From contig NW_021833042.1 in NCBI RefSeq assembly GCF_006345805.1, positions 24,268 through 88,267 of the forward strand: a stretch of DNA of 64,000 nucleotides, given 5' to 3'. Numbering within the stretch: position 1 is the first letter of the stretch; each line of letters begins with the position of its first letter. This document shows positions 12,789-25,791 of this stretch, in pieces. The notes beneath the pieces were generated by a model that worked only from the letters and a program-made list of their open reading frames with translations, was not told the origin of the DNA and made no database searches. The translations under genes were made by a program, and so were the position numbers. The stretch is from Octopus sinensis. Its lineage: Eukaryota.

Positions 12789-12827
12789 CTGTGTGTGTGT
12801 GTGTGTCTGTGTGTGTGTGTGTGTGTA

Positions 12828-12863
<36 letters not shown>

Positions 12864-13777
12864 CACAGGTGAATATAATTTATGCACGTCCACAAATTAG
12901 CACGCATGTTGTTCCAATTTTAGGACATTGGTCACGATCATGGCTGTGTTTTTGTCAACTTATTTTCCCCGAGGCACTCGGAGGTAGTGGTGAAAATCGA
13001 TTTACAACCATAACTTTTACCAATTTTCACGTCAGTGAAATCCGTAAGTTTGCTAATATAAGTTAAGACATCTGTCTAGCAATGATGAGGAAGGAAAACA
13101 AAGGGTTAACTTTTAGATTAACACCCACACGATTTTCACCAAGAAAAAAGAAAAAACTCGGATTTTTTGCGTTGAACTAGTACCCTTGACCTCTTAATAT
13201 TCTGCAAATCCTTTATTTTGGTTCGGTAAAAAGGGGGTAGGGTGAAGGAATCATTGGAATTTTTTTTTCGTTGAATGAATTCCTGTGACCGTCTAATATG
13301 CTACAAGACCATTTCTGGGGTCCGAAAAACGAGGTGGGGAGAGGTTGAAGCCTCGGAAATTTCACCTACCCACCACCATTGATATTTTCACCCATCCGAT
13401 TTTCACTAAGGAAAAAAAAAATAAAACTCGGACTTTTTTTTATTTTGTGTGAAATCAAGTACCCTGACCTAATATGCTGCAAATCACGTATTTTCGTTCG
13501 GGAAAAAAAGGTGGGGTGAGGCCTCCCCCTCCCTCCCGGAATCATTGGAATTTTTTTTTTCGTTGAATAAATTCCGGTGACCTCCTAATATGCTACAAAA
13601 CCCTTTGGTGTGGTCCGAAAATGGGGCTGGGTGAGGTAGAAGCCTCGGAAATTTTACCCACTTCCATCATTTTACAGAAATAAATTTTCCAGAGTGTGAA
13701 TTACATGGTTCGTTATTAAATATATATAGTAGAGAATGTTACATATTGTGCGTGTATATATACATATATATGTATAT

Positions 13778-13820
<43 letters not shown>

Positions 13821-14601
13821 ACATGCACACCTTCGATGCAACCTTCTCCAATGTACATCTTCGATGAAGATCTCCGAGGCAACCTTCTCCAATGCATATC
13901 TTTGATGAAGCCTTGACCGATAGTACCCCTAGGAATGGTTCGGTCAAGATCGGGATTAGTCGCTTCCTTTCACAGGTGTTCTATTTTCCTTGCTGGAAGG
14001 GCTCCCAACCCATGGGCCAAGAGGGTTAGATAATGGGGGTGGTTGTTTCGAAAGGGCTAGCATGTGCAACATGGTCACCTCTGCCGGTCAAACTCCCAGC
14101 CCATGCATTCCTGTCGCGGCACTGATTCTGCAGAACTGGGTTGGTTGTGAAAACCAACATTAAAGTATAAATATAGATTTTTGAATCAGCTATGTTGCGT
14201 TCGGTTAAGTCCTATTTCGAGCGAAATAACAATAAACCGATTCCTTATAGGATTTTTCACTAAAATTGGCTACACTCCATTTTCAATCATAACTTTTACC
14301 AATTTCGATGTATTTTGTTCCAACTTTATGCCGGCGTTACTTAGGACTCATGGGATCTTTGGATGTTTTAAGTTCTCAAAAAAAAAAAAAACAATCGATG
14401 AGTGGAAAATTCGACAAACAAATTCCTTATGGGATTTCCAAATCAAATTGTCTGCTACCCATTTTCAGCCAAACGTTTACCAATTTCAATGGATTTCGCT
14501 CAAATTTTACATCGGTATTACTAAGTTTGGTTTGAAACACAGCGCTTTATTAGCTCAATAATCCCAACTTAATCCCGGTCAACGCCGGGTTATACTGCTA
14601 G
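12501..14601 (+). mobile_element. Non-autonomous Helitron with both termini
   Basis: A|TC at 12501, GC hairpin CCCGG-tcaacg-CCGGG at 14574-14589, CTAG|T at 14598-14602, no TSD. Its 3' half is homologous to 31146-32180. Confidence 0.75.
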
Positions 14602-14758
14602 TATGTATATATATATATATACTAATAAGTCAGGACAAAAGAAAAAGTTACTAATGCCAAAATATGCCGAAAATAGACACAAAGTTAATAACCATGTAAT
14701 TTATCACTACAAGCACGCGTTTCGAAAAAAGCCGTTAGAAATTTCTAAAAAATCCTGT

Positions 14759-14820
<62 letters not shown>

Positions 14821-14888
14821 GTAATGCTATACGAGAGTATTGCTTTCCAGTATAGGATAGCCCGTGAGGGTAAAATTATACGTAAAAT

Positions 14889-14986
14889 TAAATAAATGGC
14901 ACAACGAAGTACCGATATTTACTGGAAAATAGCGAACGTTCACTATTTTCCAATAAATATCGGTACTTCGTTGTGCCATTTATTTA
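14889..14986. repeat. Near-perfect hairpin with about 44-bp arms
   Basis: taaataaatggcacaacgaagtaccgatatttactggaaaatag and its reverse complement around a 10-nt loop. A single unit occurs at about 29200-29260. Confidence 0.85.
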
Positions 14987-14990
14987 CTTT

Positions 14991-15077
<87 letters not shown>

Positions 15078-15157
15078 TATACACACATATATATATACAT
15101 ACATATACATACATACATATGCATGTATGTATACAATACGTCGGAGTGGGTATAGAT

Positions 15158-15400
15158 GCAGGAGTGGCTGTGTGGTAGTAGCTTGCCTAACACACACCAC
15201 TCCTACGACTGTGGCTGTATGGTAAGTAGCTTACTTACCAGCCACATGGTTCCGGGTTCAGTCCCACTGTGTGGTACCTTGGGTTAGTGTCTTGTACAGG
15301 CTATGATAGGAGACACTTGTCCAATGTGCCATGCAGGGGGACTGAACACGGAACCATGTGGCTGGTAAGCAAGCTACTTACCACACACCCACTCCTGCGT
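15158..15400 (+). mobile_element. tRNA-derived SINE family A, duplicated heads
   Basis: ggagtggctgtgtggta..ggttccgggttcagtccc, plus an inverted head fragment at about 15345-15400. Confidence 0.65.
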
Positions 15401-16309
15401 CTATGCATCGTATGTATATTGTATGTATTTAGGCTATGTATATACATAGCCTAAATACCTGCAATGTTATGGTGTACAGTTACCTACATATGAATATACA
15501 GACAGACATACCATTGTAAATATTTAGGTTACATACGTATGTATCTAAGTGCATATATATATACATATATATATACACGCATATATATATACATATATAT
15601 ACACATATATACATATATACATATATATATATATGTACGTACATACATATACATATATGCATACATATATATACATACATATATACATATATATATATAT
15701 ACATATATATATAAATATATATATATGTACACACACACATATATATATATGCACATACATATATATGTAAACATATGCATACATATATATGTACATACAT
15801 TGAATACATATATATGCACATACACACATATATGCATATATATATATATATATAAGTAGTAATCGTAGCCACTATAGCATGGCTGTCTGTTCGAACATAC
15901 TTTACTGCGATTTTTTAACCTCAAGAGGATATCTCCCCTAGGTGGTTAACGATGCACACCTGAATCCAAGATATTGCGAGCAGGGAAGTGACCCCCTACC
16001 ATCGTCTAGGCATGGGACCAGTTATCCAGCCTCGTCTGTTAGAGGTCGCAGTATCTGGCTTCTGCTCACAATATATATAGTTTCAAGTGACATACTGACG
16101 CTGATTTCGCAAAAATGCTATTTCTAAAATCCCTCTAAGTGATCAACGCTGTGGTTGTACTAACAAGTTGTATTAAGAAGTAATGTACTAACAAGTGGTA
16201 TGTATGTATGTATGTATGTATGTATGTATGTATGTATGTATGTATGTATGTATGAATGTATGTATGTATATATTCATACTAAATTCATACTACTAGATAT
16301 ATCGTACTA

Positions 16310-16560
16310 TGCTTCATAAACCTATTAGGTTTGAACAAGGCGCTTTCATTTGCGAAATGTATCTCCGATTTAATTAGAGAGGAAATAGATTTAATATTAG
16401 CGGCTCGGAACACCGTAATAGAAATGGGAGGTAAACTTTGGACTTGGTCGGATAGGGAAGAACGTGTTGATGTAACAATGGGGGTCAAATGATTCGGCAC
16501 AGGTAACGGATGTAGGTAGAATATATTCACTGTCTCAGATAAAATCCTGCTTCCTGGATT
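16310..16560 (+). mobile_element. Penelope-like RT fragment
   Basis: LNKALSFAK..EIDLILAARNT..VDVTMG/SNDSAQVTD with a +1 frameshift. Confidence 0.7.
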
Positions 16561-17612
16561 TTGTAAGAGGAGAGGCTCGGGAATTATATAAAGACGACTC
16601 GCTATCTATATTGAGAAGAAGTAGTAGCGTGGAAATGGAGAGAAGTAAGAAAAAACTAGATTTTTAAAAAAATCTCAACGAAGAGAATTTCGAGTTTTTC
16701 CAAACTATACATGCATACATACATACATGCATGCATGCATGCATGCATACATACATACATACATACATACATACATACATACATACATACATACATAAAT
16801 ATATACATACATACATATATACATGCATACGTACATACACAAATGCGTGTATATAAAAAAGGGAAGGAGTATTTAGTAGATCAAGAATAAAGGAATTGTA
16901 TTTTTTTGTGTGGCTGTTTTAGGGTGAAGCGGGGTCACAAAACCCTGTTAATAGCAAACGTACATGTCAACAAGTCTACATACCAATATGGTCACACACA
17001 CACACAAACATGTATTTAGTTTTTACACTGTGTACACACATAAACACACGTCCTAACTACAGAACTCAGAAGAAAACAAACACATAAAAAAAGAAATGAT
17101 TTCATAAGCATACTCTTTGTCTTCACACACAATCCCAAAACCTATGACATTCTCAATACTACTAAAAGATGTCTCCCAGTTCTTAAACAGTCATCAAAAA
17201 TGAACAAACTAATGACAAAATCAGAAAAAATATATAGCTGACGCCAAGCAACCAAATTAAAAGACTTTTTAACAAAAATCAAGATTTACAATGAGAGGCG
17301 TAAAATCTTAGCAGGTAGACATGAAGGAATCAACCGAGGAAGGAAGAGAAAATCTTCTCAAATATTCTGTGCAACAGGCTGTAGCGATGCGAAGGGAAAA
17401 AATGTGGAAATGTTGACTGTAGCGTAGAGCATAGTGCACGCAACTGCAGCAGAGAACGGTCGACGCCTCTCGCAATAGAAGTCATTAAAATAAAGAAAAG
17501 ACAGAAAAAGGGAAACAAAATATAAAAATCTACTGTAGAGTTACTTTGAAATTTCAGCATAGGTGGAAACTTTTTTAAAACAATTTAAAAAAAAAAAAAA
17601 TCAATGTGCTAT

Positions 17613-17730
17613 GCTTACGGCACCAAGGTTTCCGAAGCGGTCACCCATCTAAGTAATGACTAGGCTCGACGTTGCCTAACTTCGGTAACCGGACGAGAAC
17701 CGGTGCTTTCAACGTGATATGGCCGTAAGC
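17613..17730 (-). rRNA. 5S: 5S rRNA gene, type 1 (GCTTAC...GTAAGC), copy A
   Basis: 118 nt, full 5S sequence with box A and box C, perfect helix I, long oligo-T at 17601-17585. Confidence 0.9.
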
Positions 17731-18474
17731 AATTGTCAGCTCGAAGTTTAACAACTTTATTCTAATAAACGACTAAATGCTAACATTTATATTCTCTTAC
17801 AATGTAAACTTGCTTTCGTCACAATCTTTACGTCTCTACACTGCTTTTCTTCTACCAGCTCACTATTGCATCGACTAAGCAATCTTTCTTTTATTCTAAC
17901 TCCCATTGTTCACCACTAGCGGCTACCCTCACGCTTACTCACTCTCTCGCTTTCAGATTTCACTTTGCCGCTGACAATTTGATCAATAGGCCTTCACTGT
18001 CGCACCACACTACCCTTGCTGCTGCTACGTCCCCATCTTACCCACAAATGCTCCTCAACACAACGTCGCACACGTCATCACAAACATTTGCTCTGGCTAT
18101 CCACACCAATAGCAAATACCTGAGCATCATCCTAACACGACGCTCGTCAAAACAACAACGTCCAACACTTAGCAAAATTATCGCAGCTTGCGTGATTGAC
18201 GCTTTTTCAATTCACTTCCGTCGACATTATGCTTGTGGAAACTACTCTCTCGCTGCATATTGCTAAAACTCGCATCAAGTTTACTCACTGGTGCATAATT
18301 GGACACTTGGCAGCGAGCAATGTAAGCAAGGTAAGTAACGAATGCTGCTAATGACAACAATCCTAATCAAATGTATGCTAATTTGAATGCGACAGGCAAG
18401 CAAAGACAAAGCCACAGATTTGCTATCTTCACATGGTATATCAAATAAAAACGTTCTAATGACTCGGCTCTATC

Positions 18475-18568
18475 GTTTACGGCCATATCACATCAATGAA
18501 GTTAAGCAAATTCGAGCCTAGTTAGTACTTAGATGGGTGACCGCTTGGGAAACCTAGGTGCTGTAAAC
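18475..18568 (+). pseudogene. 5S: 5S rRNA type 2 pseudogene with a 24-nt internal deletion, copy B
   Basis: GTTTACGGCCATATCAC joined to GAAGTTAAGC. Lacks CCGGTTCTCGTCCGATCACC. Confidence 0.85.
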
Positions 18569-19903
18569 GTCTTTCTCTCTCTTTATTTTCGATTTATTCT
18601 TGCAGTCTTCTCCACTTCAAGTGCATGTCTGCTTTCACTTCGAACAAAAATTATACATATTTGCACGCACCAATTTCCATGCTTTACTCTCACTGCACTT
18701 GCGCAGCTCTATTTTGCCAAATGAAATCACTGTTTACCAATGTTTATTTTGTCTTTCAGTCGTAGCCACCGCTCGCCTCAAGGTTCAACCAGCTTTCACT
18801 AATTCAGCCACATACACAACAAAAAAACACACACACATACACAACAATCACACACACAAACAAAAAAAATACACACACGCACACACATACACAACAAAAA
18901 CACACACACACAGGTAATCGGTCCGTAAGTCAGGGATAACATTGAAATAAACAAGCCTTTGAAGACAGAAAACAGAAGACTGAAAAGGATGAATAACACA
19001 GCAAGTGAATTGAGGTCAAAACAGAGAATACGATTGGTTAAAATTCGAAGAATTAAACTACGTAAAAAGTAGAAATTACGTTTTTCTCAAAAAAACTAAT
19101 TGAAATTAATGTTTTCTTTTGACACATTCTACCAGTATGCGAAGTTTCAAATTATTTATTTAAAAGGGAAAATCTGTCCGAATAAAACCGCGTTTTATTT
19201 TACACACATCTCAGCATCGTTGGCTTTGTCTTTGCCGGCCTGTCGCATTCAAATTAGCATACATTTGATTAGGATTGTTGTCATTAGCAGCATTCGTAAC
19301 TTACCTTGTTTACATTGCTCGTTGCCAAGTGTCCCATCATGCACCAGTGAGTAAACTTCATGCGGGCTTTAGTAATATGCAGCGAGAGAGTAATTTCCAC
19401 AAGCATAGTGTCGATGGAAGTGAATTGAAAAAGCGGCAATCACGCAAGCTGCGAAAATTTTGCTAAGTGTTGAACGTGGTTGTTGTGGCGAACGTGGTGT
19501 AAGGATGATGCTTAGGTATTTGCTATTGGTGTGGATAGACAGAGCAAATGATTGTGATGACGTGTGCCACGTTGTGGTGAGGAGCATTTGTGGGTAATAT
19601 GGGGACATAGCAGCAGCAGGGGTAGTGTAGTGCGACAGTGAAGGCCTATTGATAAAATTGTCGGCGACAAAGTGAAATCTGAAAGCGAGAGAGTGAGTAA
19701 GCGTGAGGGTAGCCGCTAGTGGTGTACAATGGGAGTTAGAAGAAAAGAAAGATTGCTTAGTCGATGCAATAGTGAGCTGGTAGAAGAGAAGCGGTGTAGA
19801 GGGGTAAAGATTGTGTCGAAAGCGAGTTTACATATTAAGAGAAAAAAATGCTAGCATGTAGTCATTTATTAAAATAAAGGTGCTAAAGTGCGAGTTGATA
19901 ATC

Positions 19904-20021
19904 GCTTACGGCCATATCACGTTGAAAGCACCGGTTCTCGTCTGATCACCGAAGTTAAGCAACGTCGACCCTAGTCAGTACTTAGATGGGTAACCGCTTG
20001 GGAAACCTAGGTGCAGTAAGC
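19904..20021 (+). rRNA. 5S: 5S rRNA gene, type 1, copy C
   Basis: 118 nt GCTTACGGCCATATCACGTTG...GTGCAGTAAGC with a downstream T run. Flanks are the inverse of copy A. Confidence 0.9.
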
Positions 20022-20757
20022 AGAGTACATTGTTAAATTTTTTTTTTCTAAATTGTTTTAAAAAAGTTTATGAGTTTCCACCTATGCTGAAATTTCAACG
20101 TAACTCTACAGTAGATTTTATATTTTGTTTCCCTTCTCGTGTCTTTTCTTTATTTTAATGACTTCTATTGCGAGAGGCGTCGACCGTTCTCTGCTGCAGT
20201 TGCGTGCACTATGCTCTACGCTACAGTCAACATTTCCACATTTTTTCCCTTCGCATCGCTACAGACTGTTGTACAGAATACGTGAGAAGATTTTCTCTTC
20301 CTTCCTCCGTTCATTGTTTCATGTCTACGTGCTATGATTGAACCCCTCTCATTGCACATTTAGTTCATTCCTAAAATAATCGACTAAGTAGGACAGCCGA
20401 TCAAATTCACTCTGTCAATATGTATGGGTAAAACGAAGTTTAAGCATGAAGCAGGAATCCGCAGGGTGGCGAATGTGCTGAGGTAAGTGCAACCTACACG
20501 TTTGCTAGAAGACTGTGGCTGAATTAGTGAAAGCTGCATGAAATTTGAGGCGAGCTGTCACTACGACTGAAAGACAAAGTAAACATTTGTAAACAGTGAT
20601 TTCATTTCGCAAAGTAAACGTCTGCAAGTGCAGTGAGAGTAAAGCATGGAAATTGGTGCGTGCAAATATGTATATTTTTTGTGCGAAGCAAAAGCACACA
20701 TACACTTGAAGTAGAGAAGACTGCAAGAATAAACCGAAAATAAAAAGACAGAAAGAT

Positions 20758-20875
20758 GTTTACAGCACCTAGGCTTCCCAAGCGGTTACCCATCTAAGTA
20801 CTAACTAGGCTCGATTTTGCTTAACTTCGGTGATCGGACGAGAACCGGTGTTTTCAAAGTGATATGGCCGTAAAC
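20758..20875 (-). rRNA. 5S: 5S rRNA gene, type 2 (GTTTAC...GTAAAC), copy D
   Basis: 118 nt, full length, T5 about 12 nt downstream. Flanks match copy B. Confidence 0.9.
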
Positions 20876-21639
20876 GATAGAGCAGCGTCATTAGAACCTT
20901 TTTATTTGATACACCATGTGAAGATAGCAAATCGTTGCGTAGTGATGCATTGTATTATAGAGTTTTATTTTACTCACATCTCAGCATCTGTGGCTTTGTC
21001 TTTGCCGGCCTGTTGCATTGAATCTAGCATAAATTTGATTAGGATCGTTGTCATTAGCAGCATTCGTAACTTACCTTGTTTACATTGCTCGTTGCCAAGT
21101 GTCCCATCATGTACCAGTGAGTAAACTTGATGCGTGCTTTAGTAATATGCAGCCAGAGAGTAATTTCCACAAGCATAATGTCGATGGAAGTGAATTGAAA
21201 AAGCGGCAATCATGCAAGCTGCGAAAACTTTGCTAAGTTTTAGACGTTGTTGTTGTTGATGCTTAGGTATTTGCTATTGGTGTGGATAGCCAGAGCAAAT
21301 GTTTGTGATGACGTGTGCCACTTTGTGTTGAGGAGCATTTGTGGGTAAGATGGGGACATAGCAGCAGCAGGGGTAGTGTAGTGCGACAGTGAAGGCCTAT
21401 TGATAAAATTGTCGGCGACAAAGTGAAATCTGAAAGCGAGAGAGTGAGTAAGCGTGAGGGTTGCCGCTACTTGTGTACTATGGGAGTTAGAATAAAAGAA
21501 AGATTGCTTAGTCGATGCAATAGTGAGCTGGTAGAAGAAAAGTAGTGTAAAAATGTGAAAATTGTTACAAAATAGTGTTTACATTGCAAAATTTGGTTCG
21601 TTGTGTCGTAGCCCTTTCGTTTTCTTTTCAGGTGATACC

Positions 21640-21985
21640 ATGGCGCTGTGGACGATAGAGTTTTGCATGTTTGCCTGCGATAGTTACTTGAAAAATATCG
21701 AGTCTCTCATATCAGTTGAGCGTGAGTTTTGTCGCTACTTCAACATTTACCAAAATCAGGCTGTTTCCACTGTAACACAATCTTATGTTGGATAAATGCA
21801 CTTCGTACAAGAGGTGCACTAATGAATAGGAAACTGGTGAGGGTGCCACCCCGGAAAATGTGGAATGCATCAGACAAGCTTTGATACGGAGTGTGATTCG
21901 CTCTGCTCAGAAGAATTCCATTGAATTTGGCATCGCCAATCGATCGCTAAGGCGTATTTTGAATGAGGACCTGCAATTCGACCTG
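21640..21985 (+). mobile_element. Tc1/mariner transposase N-terminal HTH fragment (DUF4817-like)
   Basis: MALWTIEFCMFACDSYLKN..VEREFCRYFNI, then PENVECIRQA and ELGIANRSLRRILNEDLQF in shifted frames. Confidence 0.65.
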
Positions 21986-21989
21986 GCCT

Positions 21990-22810
21990 AATCTCAGTGA
22001 ATGGGGCCAATGTGCAATAATACCAGTGAGAGGAAGGCCTCAAAACAGTGTGCATTCTCTCCTGATGACCTGATATGCCTGCTAGTGTCCCGTATGCATG
22101 ACATATGACTGTCAGCAATTTTATCTGCAAGTTGTTTACAACTAATATACGTAGACAGCATTGTCGTTGTCTAGGTTATGTTTACATTTATTTATGTATA
22201 TATGTGTATATATAAATATGTATGTATCTATGCATATATGTCTGTTTCACTTAAAGCCAATAAATCACTCAAGCTCAGAGCGTTATAATGCACACTAAGT
22301 ATCTTTTCACACATTCAGTTTAATCAAGAAAACAAAGTTCATTTTCATGTTTGAGAACTAATACTGTTTCTAAGAAACTAGTTACAGCCGTATTTTACAG
22401 TATTTGTTGAATATTGTTGGTATTGTTGTTACTGTTTAGCCGGAAAGCAACCTTGAACAAGTAATTCTATTATGCAAAACATTGATCTCCAACCACGACG
22501 TTAGCCATAAAGATTTAATGCCCGCCCGAAAGTATTATATCCAATGTATGGTTTTCTAAAAATTTAAGGTCTGATATGAGAAATATTTAGCAGTCATTTT
22601 TAGCAACAGAGAGAGATACGACTGGAATATCTTGGACATTGACCGACGAAGAAATCAGCTGCGAATTTTCAGTGTTTCATGTTTTTGCCGAATTTTCCGT
22701 TGGCTATGTTTTCGTCTAATTTTTTTCTCTTTGTTGTGTTCTTTTTGTTCAACCCTTGATATATTTATATAGAGCAACACAACCCCTGTTTGTTAACTGA
22801 TATATATATA
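21990..22810 (+). other. Inverted fourth copy of the membrane-gene upstream block, with no coding exon
   Basis: Colinear reverse-complement match to about 40225-41080 and 55490-56230. The splice-donor segment is missing. Confidence 0.7.
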
Positions 22811-23035
22811 TAAAGGAATACCAAAAATGGGACAAGAACGCAAAACATCCAGACAGATGATACAAGAAAGGACAACAAATCATCTGGACAGACGATACAA
22901 AAAAAAAACAAAAAGCAAGGACGGGTTATTCGGTGGGTTTTTTTTGTATCGTCTGTCTGGATGTTTTGCGTTCTTGTCCCATTTTTAGTATTCCTTTTTA
23001 TATAGCTATAGCGGTATAAATACACTTTGGTCTCC

Positions 23036-23066
<31 letters not shown>

Positions 23067-23521
23067 TATATATGTATGTATTTATGTTTATGTGTGCCTT
23101 TCTGCCTGTGTTTGTTCCCCCACCATCGATTGATAACCGGTGCTGATGTGTTTGTATAATTAATTCTAAAACAAAACGAATGAAATATCCATTTTGAAAT
23201 AAAAATACACCTTTTCTTCGGGAATTCATTATTGGAATGAATGGGTTCGAAAATAAAAAGGAATTCATTTATTTACAAAAGGCTACCTTCGAGTAAATCA
23301 GTACTTTCCCTTCGATATAAATAAATAAATAAATCAAAACAAATAATCGCAGGAAAAAAAAAATTCTCACAATATCAGGTAAACCTAAATTGAACCTCTA
23401 AAAATTTAAGATTTAAATTGAAATTTGAAATAAAAAATTAAAATAAAAACTTATATTACATTACATTACAAATTAAACCAAACTAAGAAATAAATATATA
23501 CATATATATATATATATACAT

Positions 23522-23927
23522 ATATATATACATATATATATAGGAGTGGCTGTGTGGTAAGTAGCTTGCTAACCAACCACATGGTTCCGGGTTCAGTCCC
23601 ACTGCGTGGCATCTTGGGCAAGTGTCTTCTGCTATAGCCCCGGGCCGACCAATGCCTTGTGAGTGGATTTGGTAGACGGAAACTGAAAGAAGCCTGTTGT
23701 ATATATGTATATATATGTATGTGTGTGTTTTGTGTGTCTGTGTTTGTCCCCCTAGCATTGCTTGTGTGTTTACGTCCCCGTAACTTAGCGGTTCGGCAAA
23801 GGAGACCGATAGAATAAGTACAGATCTTACAAAGAGTGAGTCCCGGGGTCGATTTGCTCGACTAAAGGCGGTGCTCCAGCATGGCCACAGTCAAATGACT
23901 GAAACAAGTAAAAGAGTAAAAGAGAAT
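23522..23927 (+). mobile_element. tRNA-derived SINE family A, near full length
   Basis: A/B-box-like head, cttgggcaagtgtc core, internal (TA/TG)n, tail gactgaaacaagtaaaagag. Confidence 0.8.
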
Positions 23928-23991
23928 ATATATATATATATTATATATATATATATATACACACATATATAGACATGCATATAAATGCATT

Positions 23992-24052
<61 letters not shown>

Positions 24053-24309
24053 TATATATGTATGTATGTATCAAATGAAATAAGATGAAAAACAGGACAC
24101 AAAGGATGTTGCGGTACACATGTTTGGAGCTTTATACAGGTGCTTACATTTATCAAGTATTCATCCTGAATTTATATATATATAAATATATACATACACA
24201 CACAAAAACATATACATATGCATACTTACATACACACCCCACAAACATAAACAATTATCTATATATATAAATAAATATATACATAAATTTAAAACATAAA
24301 ATATATATA

Positions 24310-24541
24310 CTCTCTTTCTCTTTTACTCTTTTACTTGTTTCAGTCATTTGACTGCGGCCATGCTGGAGCAGTGCCTTTAGTCGACCAATTCGACCCCGGG
24401 ACTTATTCGTTGTAAGCCCAGTACTTATTCTATCGGTCTCTTTTGCCGAACCGCTAAGTGACGGGGACGTAAACACACCAGCATCGGTTGTCAAGCAATG
24501 CTAGGGGGACAAACACACAAACACACAAACACACACACACA

Positions 24542-24616
<75 letters not shown>

Positions 24617-24785
24617 CATATATACGACAGGCTTCTTTCAGTTTCTGTCTACCAAATCCACCCACAAGGCATTGGTCGGCCCGAGGCTATAGCAGAAGAC
24701 ACTTGCCCAAGATGCCACGCAGTGGGACTTAACCCGGAACCATGTGGTTGGTTAGCAAGCTACTTACCACACAGCCACTCCTGCG
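24310..24785 (-). mobile_element. tRNA-derived SINE family A, near full length, tail-to-tail with the previous copy
   Basis: Reverse complement of 23522-23927. Confidence 0.8.
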
Positions 24786-24889
24786 CCTATGTAAAAAATT
24801 TTATAAAAATATTTTATAAAAAATTTTATAAAATTCACAAATCCATTACCAATCTTATAAGCCGGAGCCGTCCCTAAAATGCTCCATTC

Positions 24890-25500
24890 AATAAAGAACG
24901 TTTTTTTATCATCTTTAAGATTCCAGATGAAATTACTAAGACTAGTAGAAGAAGCACTATTTCTGTTCCCAAAGGAATGGTAATGATTCGAAACACTTTT
25001 CCTAATATAATTAGCAGAAGAACCAATATAAATGTAATCATTACCCTCAGAAATGTCTTTGGCTTGATAAACTACTTCTCTACGTTTACAAAAATTTCCA
25101 AATAAACAATTTTCTTTGTTTATACATTCACAAAGAGAATTTCTACCCTACTTGAGCTGTCAACAATTGAATTATTATTAAGCAAAAAGCTATCCTCTTC
25201 ATTATTATTAAAACTTATATTAGAATCACAACCATCACTACTACTCTGGCTATTAGCATCCATGGAATTGATCTCGCTAACATTAACTGAGCTATCACGA
25301 AGATAAAACCAGATAATTTCTTTTCATTAATAGAAGTAATCTGAGATTAATTCCGAGAAACCGAAAAAGCAACCTTAATGGACTTCAGATTCAAAATCTC
25401 ATAGTACCTACTTTTTTATTGAAATGTTTCAACAGCAATTTATAAACAGCCCCAACTATGTTACTTGTTAATTGACGGGCATAATTTTTTTTCCTTTCCT
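24890..25500 (-). mobile_element. Penelope-like GIY-YIG endonuclease fragment
   Basis: Minus frame: VVYQAKDISEGNDYIYIGSSANYIRKSVSNHYHSF..STSLSNFIWNLKD. Confidence 0.75.
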
Positions 25501-25621
25501 TATACTTAATTTATACATTAAACCAATATTGAATATATAGTTTTTTATATATTCTTTGCTTAGACTGAACCGTCGGACTTGGATGTTTAATACAGCTTTC
25601 AAGGATTTTGTTCCTTACTTC

Positions 25622-25666
<45 letters not shown>

Positions 25667-25756
25667 TAATCCAAACAAGAAAGCACAAAAAAAAACACAA
25701 TAACGCGAGGACGCGGAACAAATATAGTATTATTGGACGCTCAGGAAAGAAGGAGG

Positions 25757-25791
25757 GTTTAACGTTTCGAGCGGAGCTCTTCATCGGAAAC
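25757..25791 (-). ncRNA. Minimal hammerhead ribozyme-like motif (variant core)
   Basis: GTTT CCGATGA A GAGC-tcc-GCTC GAAAC GTT AAAC. Core has C in place of U4. Confidence 0.5.

Noticed and set aside
19295-19460. AACTTACCTTG as a U1 snRNA 5' end
   Set aside because: The following sequence has no U1 stem-loops or Sm-site arrangement.
17613-20875. 5S copies as heads of SINE3 retroposons
   Set aside because: They are full length, end at the 5S 3' end near oligo-T, keep upstream flanks and show compensatory pairing. There is no LINE-derived tail.
23522-23600. tRNA genes (also at 10840-10910, 28810-28878 and 53940-54000)
   Set aside because: A/B-box heads without a complete cloverleaf, followed by SINE bodies present in several copies.
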